Positions 36,789-47,099 of a DNA stretch of 64,000 nucleotides are shown here, one piece after another. Position 1 is the first letter of the stretch, and each line of letters begins with the position of its first letter. This DNA is from Thalia democratica (taxonomy: Eukaryota). The position numbers and the translations under genes were made by a program. The stretch spans positions 1-64,000 of the forward strand of contig CBDBBG010000067.1 of NCBI GenBank assembly GCA_965202585.1, in the 5' to 3' direction. Under the pieces are notes generated by a model that had not been told where the DNA came from, did not search any database, and saw nothing but the letters and a program-made list of their open reading frames with translations.

Positions 36789-37568
36789 AGCTTTATTATA
36801 GATTATTATCTTTAAAAAAAAAAACTTAAAATTATTTAGTGAATTATATTGCTATTGTAATTGAATGTCAAACTTTAATTAACAATTAATTTTAAACTCA
36901 GAAAGAAACATTTTATTGAGAATAGCTATCGCTATCTATTATATAAAGATAAGTGTGCATATATTTTACTTTCTAAATACTAGTTAAAATATATTATTTA
37001 AGAACTTGATAACAGCAACTTCGTCGAATTTTCACAAGTCGAATGTTTAGTGTTGTCAACGCAAGCTATACAAAATTATGCAAATTTTTTCAACATAAAA
37101 TTGTATGATTCTATGCACATGCCTGTGGACCAAATTTTTTCCAAATAAAAGAGGATTAACTGTATGAATACATTGAAACATCACTTTTAAATGACTTGAA
37201 GCAACAAATAGCTTGTTTTTCACCATGTTTAAGTGAAAGAATTGTGAAAAACAAGCAAAAACTAAGAAAATTAGTGAAAATTCATTTTTTTGCACTTTTA
37301 AGTGGAAAATGCACTATAAAATGCTTAATAAAACAATTTTTGAACATTTAAATGAACTAAAAATACACAATTATTGCTCATGTTGGCCATGGCCTGCTTT
37401 CTAGCATGTTTTTGGGTTTGGTTGAAAAATTGAAAATATCACGCTGACGTGCTAGTTTGACCATTTTTTAAACTGGCCCATCCAACCAGGCTGATTCTTA
37501 ATAAAACTCTTTTAAACTGTTATTGTGTAAATTTTCAGTCAACCTTTCATTTTATAATTTCACAGTTT
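36789..37568. other. Chimeric A/B spacer at the block junction
   Basis: A-type to 36993, B-type 37164-37201, A-type base at 37223, B-type from 37355. Confidence 0.85.
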
Positions 37569-38261
37569 TTACAACTTCTTTGATTTTTCATTTTCTGTCC
37601 GCATATCATCAAATTTCGGCTCCGATTTCTCAGTTTCAGGCTGTTCACTGCGCGATTCACCGCTGTGCTCGTCTCTAACGTGCTCTCCGTCTTTCACGTA
37701 GAATGTTGAATACCCGAAATCAATCAGGTAGATCGTGTTTTGATCGAATAATCCTGTCATGAGGTTCTCAGATTTGATGTCGTTGTGAACGATGCCACAG
37801 CTGTGGACGTGATTCAGTATTTTCAACACTTGCAAGGCTACCTTCACCGTGGTCTTCAACGAAAACTTGTCCTTTCTCGTCTCTTCTCTTTTATCAAACA
37901 GGTCCTTTCCGAGTTTTTCAAAAACGAAACTCTGCCTTTCCTCATGAACAAAGCTCGGACCGATCTTTGGAATGCCGCGAACGTTTTCCTGTTGGAGAAT
38001 TTTCAGGAACTCGTACTCCCGCAAAATGTATTTGTCTTTGCTTTCAGCTGATGAAGTCTTGACCACGACAGGTTTGTTTTTAAAAGTGGCGTTGTACACA
38101 CAGCCGCACCCTCCTTCTTCTAACAACTCTTTCACTACTAAATCTTCTCTGTCAAACAAAATTGGTTTTTCCGATTCTTTTTCTGAATCTTCTTTCGACG
38201 TTTTGCTGGTTTCTTCGTCGGAGTTTCGTGGTGCTAAGTGTTTTTCATCGTTTTGAAACAT
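37569..38261 (-). CDS. Truncated CK1-like kinase, type B (230 aa, charged C-terminal tail)
   Basis: Same kinase motifs as A; continues after DFG with YVKDGEHV and a charged tail ending KSKKL; no subdomains VIII-XI. Confidence 0.82.
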   Translation of the reverse strand: MFQNDEKHLAPRNSDEETSKTSKEDSEKESEKPILFDREDLVVKELLEEGGCGCVYNATFKNKPVVVKTSSAESKDKYILREYEFLKILQQENVRGIPKIGPSFVHEERQSFVFEKLGKDLFDKREETRKDKFSLKTTVKVALQVLKILNHVHSCGIVHNDIKSENLMTGLFDQNTIYLIDFGYSTFYVKDGEHVRDEHSGESRSEQPETEKSEPKFDDMRTENEKSKKL

Positions 38262-39041
38262 AGATTTATTATAGATTATTATCTTTAAAAAATTAAAAAA
38301 CTTAAAATTATTTAGTGAATTATATTGCTGTAATTGAATATCAAATTTTAATTAACAATTAATTTTAAACTCAGAAAGAAACATTTTATTGAGAATAGCT
38401 ATCGCTATCTATTATATAAAGATAAGTGTGCATATATTTTACTTTCTAAATACTAGTTAAAATATGTTATTTAAGAACTTGATAACAGCAACTTCGTCGA
38501 ATTTTCACAAGTCGAATGTTTAGTGTTGTCAACGCAAGCTATACAAAATTATGCAAATTTTTTCAACATAAAATTGTATGATTCTATGCACATGCCTGTG
38601 GACCAAATTTTTTCCAAATAAAAGAGGATTAACTGTATGAATACATTGAAACATCACTTTTAAATGACTTGAAGCAACAAATAGCTTGTTTTTCAACATG
38701 TTTAAGTGAAAGAATTGTGAAAAACAAGCAAAAACTAAGAAAATTAGTGAAAATTCATTTTTTTGCACTTTTAAGTGGAAAATGCACTATAAAATGCTTA
38801 ATAAAACAATTTTTGAACATTTAAATGAACTAAAAATACACAATTATTGCTCATGTTGGCCATGGCCTGCTTTCTAGCATGTTTTTGGGTTTGGTTGAAA
38901 AATTGAAAATATCACGCTGACGTGCTAGTTTGACCATTTTTTAAACTGGCCCATCCAACCAGGCTGATTCTTAATAAAACTCTTTTAAACTGTTATTGTG
39001 TAAATTTTCAGTCAACCTTTCATTTTATAATTTCACAGTTT

Positions 39042-39734
39042 TTACAACTTCTTTGATTTTTCATTTTCTGTCCGCATATCATCAAATTTCGGCTCCGATT
39101 TCTCAGTTTCAGGCTGTTCACTGCGCGATTCACCGCTGTGCTCGTCTCTAACGTGCTCTCCGTCTTTCACGTAGAATGTTGAATACCCGAAATCAATCAG
39201 GTAGATCGTGTTTTGATCGAATAATCCTGTCATGAGGTTCTCAGATTTGATGTCGTTGTGAACGATGCCACAGCTGTGGACTTGATTCAGTATTTTCAAC
39301 ACTTGCAAGGCTACCTTCACCGTGGTCTTCAACGAAAACTTGTCCTTTCTCGTCTCTTCTCTTTTATCAAACAGGTCCTTTCCGAGTTTTTCAAAAACGA
39401 AACTCTGCCTTTCCTCATGAACAAAGCTCGGACCGATCTTTGGAATGCCGCGAACGTTTTCCTGTTGGAGAATTTTCAGGAACTCGTACTCCCGCAAAAT
39501 GTATTTGTCTTTGCTTTCAGCTGATGAAGTCTTGACCACGACAGGTTTGTTTTTAAAAGTGGCGTTGTACACACAGCCGCACCCTCCTTCTTCTAACAAC
39601 TCTTTCACTACTAAATCTTCTCTGTCAAACAAAATTGGTTTTTCCGATTCTTTTTCTGAATCTTCTTTCGACGTTTTGCTGGTTTCTTCGTCGGAGTTTC
39701 GTGGTGCTAAGTGTTTTTCATCGTTTTGAAACAT
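39042..39734 (-). CDS. Truncated CK1-like kinase, type B (230 aa), H151Q variant
   Basis: Same as 37569-38261 except the SNP at 39282. Confidence 0.82.
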   Translation of the reverse strand: MFQNDEKHLAPRNSDEETSKTSKEDSEKESEKPILFDREDLVVKELLEEGGCGCVYNATFKNKPVVVKTSSAESKDKYILREYEFLKILQQENVRGIPKIGPSFVHEERQSFVFEKLGKDLFDKREETRKDKFSLKTTVKVALQVLKILNQVHSCGIVHNDIKSENLMTGLFDQNTIYLIDFGYSTFYVKDGEHVRDEHSGESRSEQPETEKSEPKFDDMRTENEKSKKL

Positions 39735-40514
39735 AGATTTATTATAGATTATTATCTTTAAAAAATTAAAAAACTTAAAATTATTTAGTGAATTATATTG
39801 CTGTAATTGAATATCAAATTTTAATTAACAATTAATTTTAAACTCAGAAAGAAACATTTTATTGAGAATAGCTATCGCTATCTATTATATAAAGATAAGT
39901 GTGCATATATTTTACTTTCTAAATACTAGTTAAAATATGTTATTTAAGAACTTGATAACAGCAACTTCGTCGAATTTTCACAAGTCGAATGTTTAGTGTT
40001 GTCAACGCAAGCTATACAAAATTATGCAAATTTTTTCAACATAAAATTGTATGATTCTATGCACATGCCTGTGGACCAAATTTTTTCCAAATAAAAGAGG
40101 ATTAACTGTATGAATACATTGAAACATCACTTTTAAATGACTTGAAGCAACAAATAGCTTGTTTTTCAACATGTTTAAGTGAAAGAATTGTGAAAAACAA
40201 GCAAAAACTAAGAAAATTAGTGAAAATTCATTTTTTTGCACTTTTAAGTGGAAAATGCACTATAAAATGCTTAATAAAACAATTTTTGAACATTTAAATG
40301 AACTAAAAATACACAATTATTGCTCATGTTGGCCATGGCCTGCTTTCTAGCATGTTTTTGGGTTTGGTTGAAAAATTGAAAATATCACGCTGACGTGCTA
40401 GTTTGACCATTTTTTAAACTGGCCCATCCAACCAGGCTGATTCTTAATAAAACTCTTTTAAACTGTTATTGTGTAAATTTTCAGTCAACCTTTCATTTTA
40501 TAATTTCACAGTTT

Positions 40515-41207
40515 TTACAACTTCTTTGATTTTTCATTTTCTGTCCGCATATCATCAAATTTCGGCTCCGATTTCTCAGTTTCAGGCTGTTCACTGCGCG
40601 ATTCACCGCTGTGCTCGTCTCTAACGTGCTCTCCGTCTTTCACGTAGAATGTTGAATACCCGAAATCAATCAGGTAGATCGTGTTTTGATCGAATAATCC
40701 TGTCATGAGGTTCTCAGATTTGATGTCGTTGTGAACGATGCCACAGCTGTGGACGTGATTCAGTATTTTCAACACTTGCAAGGCTACCTTCACCGTGGTC
40801 TTCAACGAAAACTTGTCCTTTCTCGTCTCTTCTCTTTTATCAAACAGGTCCTTTCCGAGTTTTTCAAAAACGAAACTCTGCCTTTCCTCATGAACAAAGC
40901 TCGGACCGATCTTTGGAATGCCGCGAACGTTTTCCTGTTGGAGAATTTTCAGGAACTCGTACTCCCGCAAAATGTATTTGTCTTTGCTTTCAGCTGATGA
41001 AGTCTTGACCACGACAGGTTTGTTTTTAAAAGTGGCGTTGTACACACAGCCGCACCCTCCTTCTTCTAACAACTCTTTCACTACTAAATCTTCTCTGTCA
41101 AACAAAATTGGTTTTTCCGATTCTTTTTCTGAATCTTCTTTCGACGTTTTGCTGGTTTCTTCGTCGGAGTTTCGTGGTGCTAAGTGTTTTTCATCGTTTT
41201 GAAACAT
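40515..41207 (-). CDS. Truncated CK1-like kinase, type B (230 aa)
   Basis: Protein identical to 37569-38261. Confidence 0.82.
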   Translation of the reverse strand: MFQNDEKHLAPRNSDEETSKTSKEDSEKESEKPILFDREDLVVKELLEEGGCGCVYNATFKNKPVVVKTSSAESKDKYILREYEFLKILQQENVRGIPKIGPSFVHEERQSFVFEKLGKDLFDKREETRKDKFSLKTTVKVALQVLKILNHVHSCGIVHNDIKSENLMTGLFDQNTIYLIDFGYSTFYVKDGEHVRDEHSGESRSEQPETEKSEPKFDDMRTENEKSKKL

Positions 41208-41987
41208 AGATTTATTATAGATTATTATCTTTAAAAAATTAAAAAACTTAAAATTATTTAGTGAATTATATTGCTGTAATTGAATATCAAATTTTAATTA
41301 ACAATTAATTTTAAACTCAGAAAGAAACATTTTATTGAGAATAGCTATCGCTATCTATTATATAAAGATAAGTGTGCATATATTTTACTTTCTAAATACT
41401 AGTTAAAATATGTTATTTAAGAACTTGATAACAGCAACTTCGTCGAATTTTCACAAGTCGAATGTTTAGTGTTGTCAACGCAAGCTATACAAAATTATGC
41501 AAATTTTTTCAACATAAAATTGTATGATTCTATGCACATGCCTGTGGACCAAATTTTTTCCAAATAAAAGAGGATTAACTGTATGAATACATTGAAACAT
41601 CACTTTTAAATGACTTGAAGCAACAAATAGCTTGTTTTTCAACATGTTTAAGTGAAAGAATTGTGAAAAACAAGCAAAAACTAAGAAAATTAGTGAAAAT
41701 TCATTTTTTTGCACTTTTAAGTGGAAAATGCACTATAAAATGCTTAATAAAACAATTTTTGAACATTTAAATGAACTAAAAATACACAATTATTGCTCAT
41801 GTTGGCCATGGCCTGCTTTCTAGCATGTTTTTGGGTTTGGTTGAAAAATTGAAAATATCACGCTGACGTGCTAGTTTGACCATTTTTTAAACTGGCCCAT
41901 CCAACCAGGCTGATTCTTAATAAAACTCTTTTAAACTGTTATTGTGTAAATTTTCAGTCAACCTTTCATTTTATAATTTCACAGTTT

Positions 41988-42680
41988 TTACAACTTCTTT
42001 GATTTTTCATTTTCTGTCCGCATATCATCAAATTTCGGCTCCGATTTCTCAGTTTCAGGCTGTTCACTGCGCGATTCACCGCTGTGCTCGTCTCTAACGT
42101 GCTCTCCGTCTTTCACGTAGAATGTTGAATACCCGAAATCAATCAGGTAGATCGTGTTTTGATCGAATAATCCTGTCATGAGGTTCTCAGATTTGATGTC
42201 GTTGTGAACGATGCCACAGCTGTGGACGTGATTCAGTATTTTCAACACTTGCAAGGCTACCTTCACCGTGGTCTTCAACGAAAACTTGTCCTTTCTCGTC
42301 TCTTCTCTTTTATCAAACAGGTCCTTTCCGAGTTTTTCAAAAACGAAACTCTGCCTTTCCTCATGAACAAAGCTCGGACCGATCTTTGGAATGCCGCGAA
42401 CGTTTTCCTGTTGGAGAATTTTCAGGAACTCGTACTCCCGCAAAATGTATTTGTCTTTGCTTTCAGCTGATGAAGTCTTGACCACGACAGGTTTGTTTTT
42501 AAAAGTGGCGTTGTACACACAGCCGCACCCTCCTTCTTCTAACAACTCTTTCACTACTAAATCTTCTCTGTCAAACAAAATTGGTTTTTCCGATTCTTTT
42601 TCTGAATCTTCTTTCGACGTTTTGCTGGTTTCTTCGTCGGAGTTTCGTGGTGCTAAGTGTTTTTCATCGTTTTGAAACAT
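41988..42680 (-). CDS. Truncated CK1-like kinase, type B (230 aa)
   Basis: Protein identical to 37569-38261. Confidence 0.82.
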   Translation of the reverse strand: MFQNDEKHLAPRNSDEETSKTSKEDSEKESEKPILFDREDLVVKELLEEGGCGCVYNATFKNKPVVVKTSSAESKDKYILREYEFLKILQQENVRGIPKIGPSFVHEERQSFVFEKLGKDLFDKREETRKDKFSLKTTVKVALQVLKILNHVHSCGIVHNDIKSENLMTGLFDQNTIYLIDFGYSTFYVKDGEHVRDEHSGESRSEQPETEKSEPKFDDMRTENEKSKKL

Positions 42681-43460
42681 AGATTTATTATAGATTATTA
42701 TCTTTAAAAAATTAAAAAACTTAAAATTATTTAGTGAATTATATTGCTGTAATTGAATATCAAATTTTAATTAACAATTAATTTTAAACTCAGAAAGAAA
42801 CATTTTATTGAGAATAGCTATCGCTATCTATTATATAAAGATAAGTGTGCATATATTTTACTTTCTAAATACTAGTTAAAATATGTTATTTAAGAACTTG
42901 ATAACAGCAACTTCGTCGAATTTTCACAAGTCGAATGTTTAGTGTTGTCAACGCAAGCTATACAAAATTATGCAAATTTTTTCAACATAAAATTGTATGA
43001 TTCTATGCACATGCCTGTGGACCAAATTTTTTCCAAATAAAAGAGGATTAACTGTATGAATACATTGAAACATCACTTTTAAATGACTTGAAGCAACAAA
43101 TAGCTTGTTTTTCAACATGTTTAAGTGAAAGAATTGTGAAAAACAAGCAAAAACTAAGAAAATTAGTGAAAATTCATTTTTTTGCACTTTTAAGTGGAAA
43201 ATGCACTATAAAATGCTTAATAAAACAATTTTTGAACATTTAAATGAACTAAAAATACACAATTATTGCTCATGTTGGCCATGGCCTGCTTTCTAGCATG
43301 TTTTTGGGTTTGGTTGAAAAATTGAAAATATCACGCTGACGTGCTAGTTTGACCATTTTTTAAACTGGCCCATCCAACCAGGCTGATTCTTAATAAAACT
43401 CTTTTAAACTGTTATTGTGTAAATTTTCAGTCAACCTTTCATTTTATAATTTCACAGTTT

Positions 43461-44153
43461 TTACAACTTCTTTGATTTTTCATTTTCTGTCCGCATATCA
43501 TCAAATTTCGGCTCCGATTTCTCAGTTTCAGGCTGTTCACTGCGCGATTCACCGCTGTGCTCGTCTCTAACGTGCTCTCCGTCTTTCACGTAGAATGTTG
43601 AATACCCGAAATCAATCAGGTAGATCGTGTTTTGATCGAATAATCCTGTCATGAGGTTCTCAGATTTGATGTCGTTGTGAACGATGCCACAGCTGTGGAC
43701 GTGATTCAGTATTTTCAACACTTGCAAGGCTACCTTCACCGTGGTCTTCAACGAAAACTTGTCCTTTCTCGTCTCTTCTCTTTTATCAAACAGGTCCTTT
43801 CCGAGTTTTTCAAAAACGAAACTCTGCCTTTCCTCATGAACAAAGCTCGGACCGATCTTTGGAATGCCGCGAACGTTTTCCTGTTGGAGAATTTTCAGGA
43901 ACTCGTACTCCCGCAAAATGTATTTGTCTTTGCTTTCAGCTGATGAAGTCTTGACCACGACAGGTTTGTTTTTAAAAGTGGCGTTGTACACACAGCCGCA
44001 CCCTCCTTCTTCTAACAACTCTTTCACTACTAAATCTTCTCTGTCAAACAAAATTGGTTTTTCCGATTCTTTTTCTGAATCTTCTTTCGACGTTTTGCTG
44101 GTTTCTTCGTCGGAGTTTCGTGGTGCTAAGTGTTTTTCATCGTTTTGAAACAT
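43461..44153 (-). CDS. Truncated CK1-like kinase, type B (230 aa)
   Basis: Protein identical to 37569-38261. Confidence 0.82.
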   Translation of the reverse strand: MFQNDEKHLAPRNSDEETSKTSKEDSEKESEKPILFDREDLVVKELLEEGGCGCVYNATFKNKPVVVKTSSAESKDKYILREYEFLKILQQENVRGIPKIGPSFVHEERQSFVFEKLGKDLFDKREETRKDKFSLKTTVKVALQVLKILNHVHSCGIVHNDIKSENLMTGLFDQNTIYLIDFGYSTFYVKDGEHVRDEHSGESRSEQPETEKSEPKFDDMRTENEKSKKL

Positions 44154-44933
44154 AGATTTATTATAGATTATTATCTTTAAAAAATTAAAAAACTTAAAAT
44201 TATTTAGTGAATTATATTGCTGTAATTGAATATCAAATTTTAATTAACAATTAATTTTAAACTCAGAAAGAAACATTTTATTGAGAATAGCTATCGCTAT
44301 CTATTATATAAAGATAAGTGTGCATATATTTTACTTTCTAAATACTAGTTAAAATATGTTATTTAAGAACTTGATAACAGCAACTTCGTCGAATTTTCAC
44401 AAGTCGAATGTTTAGTGTTGTCAACGCAAGCTATACAAAATTATGCAAATTTTTTCAACATAAAATTGTATGATTCTATGCACATGCCTGTGGACCAAAT
44501 TTTTTCCAAATAAAAGAGGATTAACTGTATGAATACATTGAAACATCACTTTTAAATGACTTGAAGCAACAAATAGCTTGTTTTTCAACATGTTTAAGTG
44601 AAAGAATTGTGAAAAACAAGCAAAAACTAAGAAAATTAGTGAAAATTCATTTTTTTGCACTTTTAAGTGGAAAATGCACTATAAAATGCTTAATAAAACA
44701 ATTTTTGAACATTTAAATGAACTAAAAATACACAATTATTGCTCATGTTGGCCATGGCCTGCTTTCTAGCATGTTTTTGGGTTTGGTTGAAAAATTGAAA
44801 ATATCACGCTGACGTGCTAGTTTGACCATTTTTTAAACTGGCCCATCCAACCAGGCTGATTCTTAATAAAACTCTTTTAAACTGTTATTGTGTAAATTTT
44901 CAGTCAACCTTTCATTTTATAATTTCACAGTTT

Positions 44934-45626
44934 TTACAACTTCTTTGATTTTTCATTTTCTGTCCGCATATCATCAAATTTCGGCTCCGATTTCTCAGTT
45001 TCAGGCTGTTCACTGCGCGATTCACCGCTGTGCTCGTCTCTAACGTGCTCTCCGTCTTTCACGTAGAATGTTGAATACCCGAAATCAATCAGGTAGATCG
45101 TGTTTTGATCGAATAATCCTGTCATGAGGTTCTCAGATTTGATGTCGTTGTGAACGATGCCACAGCTGTGGACGTGATTCAGTATTTTCAACACTTGCAA
45201 GGCTACCTTCACCGTGGTCTTCAACGAAAACTTGTCCTTTCTCGTCTCTTCTCTTTTATCAAACAGGTCCTTTCCGAGTTTTTCAAAAACGAAACTCTGC
45301 CTTTCCTCATGAACAAAGCTCGGACCGATCTTTGGAATGCCGCGAACGTTTTCCTGTTGGAGAATTTTCAGGAACTCGTACTCCCGCAAAATGTATTTGT
45401 CTTTGCTTTCAGCTGATGAAGTCTTGACCACGACAGGTTTGTTTTTAAAAGTGGCGTTGTACACACAGCCGCACCCTCCTTCTTCTAACAACTCTTTCAC
45501 TACTAAATCTTCTCTGTCAAACAAAATTGGTTTTTCCGATTCTTTTTCTGAATCTTCTTTCGACGTTTTGCTGGTTTCTTCGTCGGAGTTTCGTGGTGCT
45601 AAGTGTTTTTCATCGTTTTGAAACAT
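44934..45626 (-). CDS. Truncated CK1-like kinase, type B (230 aa)
   Basis: Protein identical to 37569-38261. Confidence 0.82.
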   Translation of the reverse strand: MFQNDEKHLAPRNSDEETSKTSKEDSEKESEKPILFDREDLVVKELLEEGGCGCVYNATFKNKPVVVKTSSAESKDKYILREYEFLKILQQENVRGIPKIGPSFVHEERQSFVFEKLGKDLFDKREETRKDKFSLKTTVKVALQVLKILNHVHSCGIVHNDIKSENLMTGLFDQNTIYLIDFGYSTFYVKDGEHVRDEHSGESRSEQPETEKSEPKFDDMRTENEKSKKL

Positions 45627-46406
45627 AGATTTATTATAGATTATTATCTTTAAAAAATTAAAAAACTTAAAATTATTTAGTGAATTATATTGCTGTAATT
45701 GAATATCAAATTTTAATTAACAATTAATTTTAAACTCAGAAAGAAACATTTTATTGAGAATAGCTATCGCTATCTATTATATAAAGATAAGTGTGCATAT
45801 ATTTTACTTTCTAAATACTAGTTAAAATATGTTATTTAAGAACTTGATAACAGCAACTTCGTCGAATTTTCACAAGTCGAATGTTTAGTGTTGTCAACGC
45901 AAGCTATACAAAATTATGCAAATTTTTTCAACATAAAATTGTATGATTCTATGCACATGCCTGTGGACCAAATTTTTTCCAAATAAAAGAGGATTAACTG
46001 TATGAATACATTGAAACATCACTTTTAAATGACTTGAAGCAACAAATAGCTTGTTTTTCAACATGTTTAAGTGAAAGAATTGTGAAAAACAAGCAAAAAC
46101 TAAGAAAATTAGTGAAAATTCATTTTTTTGCACTTTTAAGTGGAAAATGCACTATAAAATGCTTAATAAAACAATTTTTGAACATTTAAATGAACTAAAA
46201 ATACACAATTATTGCTCATGTTGGCCATGGCCTGCTTTCTAGCATGTTTTTGGGTTTGGTTGAAAAATTGAAAATATCACGCTGACGTGCTAGTTTGACC
46301 ATTTTTTAAACTGGCCCATCCAACCAGGCTGATTCTTAATAAAACTCTTTTAAACTGTTATTGTGTAAATTTTCAGTCAACCTTTCATTTTATAATTTCA
46401 CAGTTT

Positions 46407-47099
46407 TTACAACTTCTTTGATTTTTCATTTTCTGTCCGCATATCATCAAATTTCGGCTCCGATTTCTCAGTTTCAGGCTGTTCACTGCGCGATTCACCG
46501 CTGTGCTCGTCTCTAACGTGCTCTCCGTCTTTCACGTAGAATGTTGAATACCCGAAATCAATCAGGTAGATCGTGTTTTGATCGAATAATCCTGTCATGA
46601 GGTTCTCAGATTTGATGTCGTTGTGAACGATGCCACAGCTGTGGACGTGATTCAGTATTTTCAACACTTGCAAGGCTACCTTCACCGTGGTCTTCAACGA
46701 AAACTTGTCCTTTCTCGTCTCTTCTCTTTTATCAAACAGGTCCTTTCCGAGTTTTTCAAAAACGAAACTCTGCCTTTCCTCATGAACAAAGCTCGGACCG
46801 ATCTTTGGAATGCCGCGAACGTTTTCCTGTTGGAGAATTTTCAGGAACTCGTACTCCCGCAAAATGTATTTGTCTTTGCTTTCAGCTGATGAAGTCTTGA
46901 CCACGACAGGTTTGTTTTTAAAAGTGGCGTTGTACACACAGCCGCACCCTCCTTCTTCTAACAACTCTTTCACTACTAAATCTTCTCTGTCAAACAAAAT
47001 TGGTTTTTCCGATTCTTTTTCTGAATCTTCTTTCGACGTTTTGCTGGTTTCTTCGTCGGAGTTTCGTGGTGCTAAGTGTTTTTCATCGTTTTGAAACAT
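46407..47099 (-). CDS. Truncated CK1-like kinase, type B (230 aa)
   Basis: Protein identical to 37569-38261. Confidence 0.82.
   Translation of the reverse strand: MFQNDEKHLAPRNSDEETSKTSKEDSEKESEKPILFDREDLVVKELLEEGGCGCVYNATFKNKPVVVKTSSAESKDKYILREYEFLKILQQENVRGIPKIGPSFVHEERQSFVFEKLGKDLFDKREETRKDKFSLKTTVKVALQVLKILNHVHSCGIVHNDIKSENLMTGLFDQNTIYLIDFGYSTFYVKDGEHVRDEHSGESRSEQPETEKSEPKFDDMRTENEKSKKL

Larger units (their letters stand above)
1..36993 (-). repeat. Sub-array A, unit 1458/1459 bp (one 1460)
   Basis: ORF spacing 1458-1460; last A-diagnostic base at 36993 (aaaatatAtt); length variation traced to an A11/A12 run, apart from extra 1-2 bp indels in the first two spacers. Confidence 0.95.

Noticed and set aside
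37785-38256. Plus-strand 88-aa and 94-aa ORFs in the B units
   Set aside because: They fully overlap the kinase on the opposite strand, their boundaries differ from the A equivalents, and no domain is evident.
38529-38768. 79-aa minus-strand spacer ORF with a hydrophobic N-terminus (B units)
   Set aside because: It starts at GTG with no upstream in-frame ATG, is cut by TAA after 32 codons in A units, and hydrophobic residues are expected from T-rich DNA.
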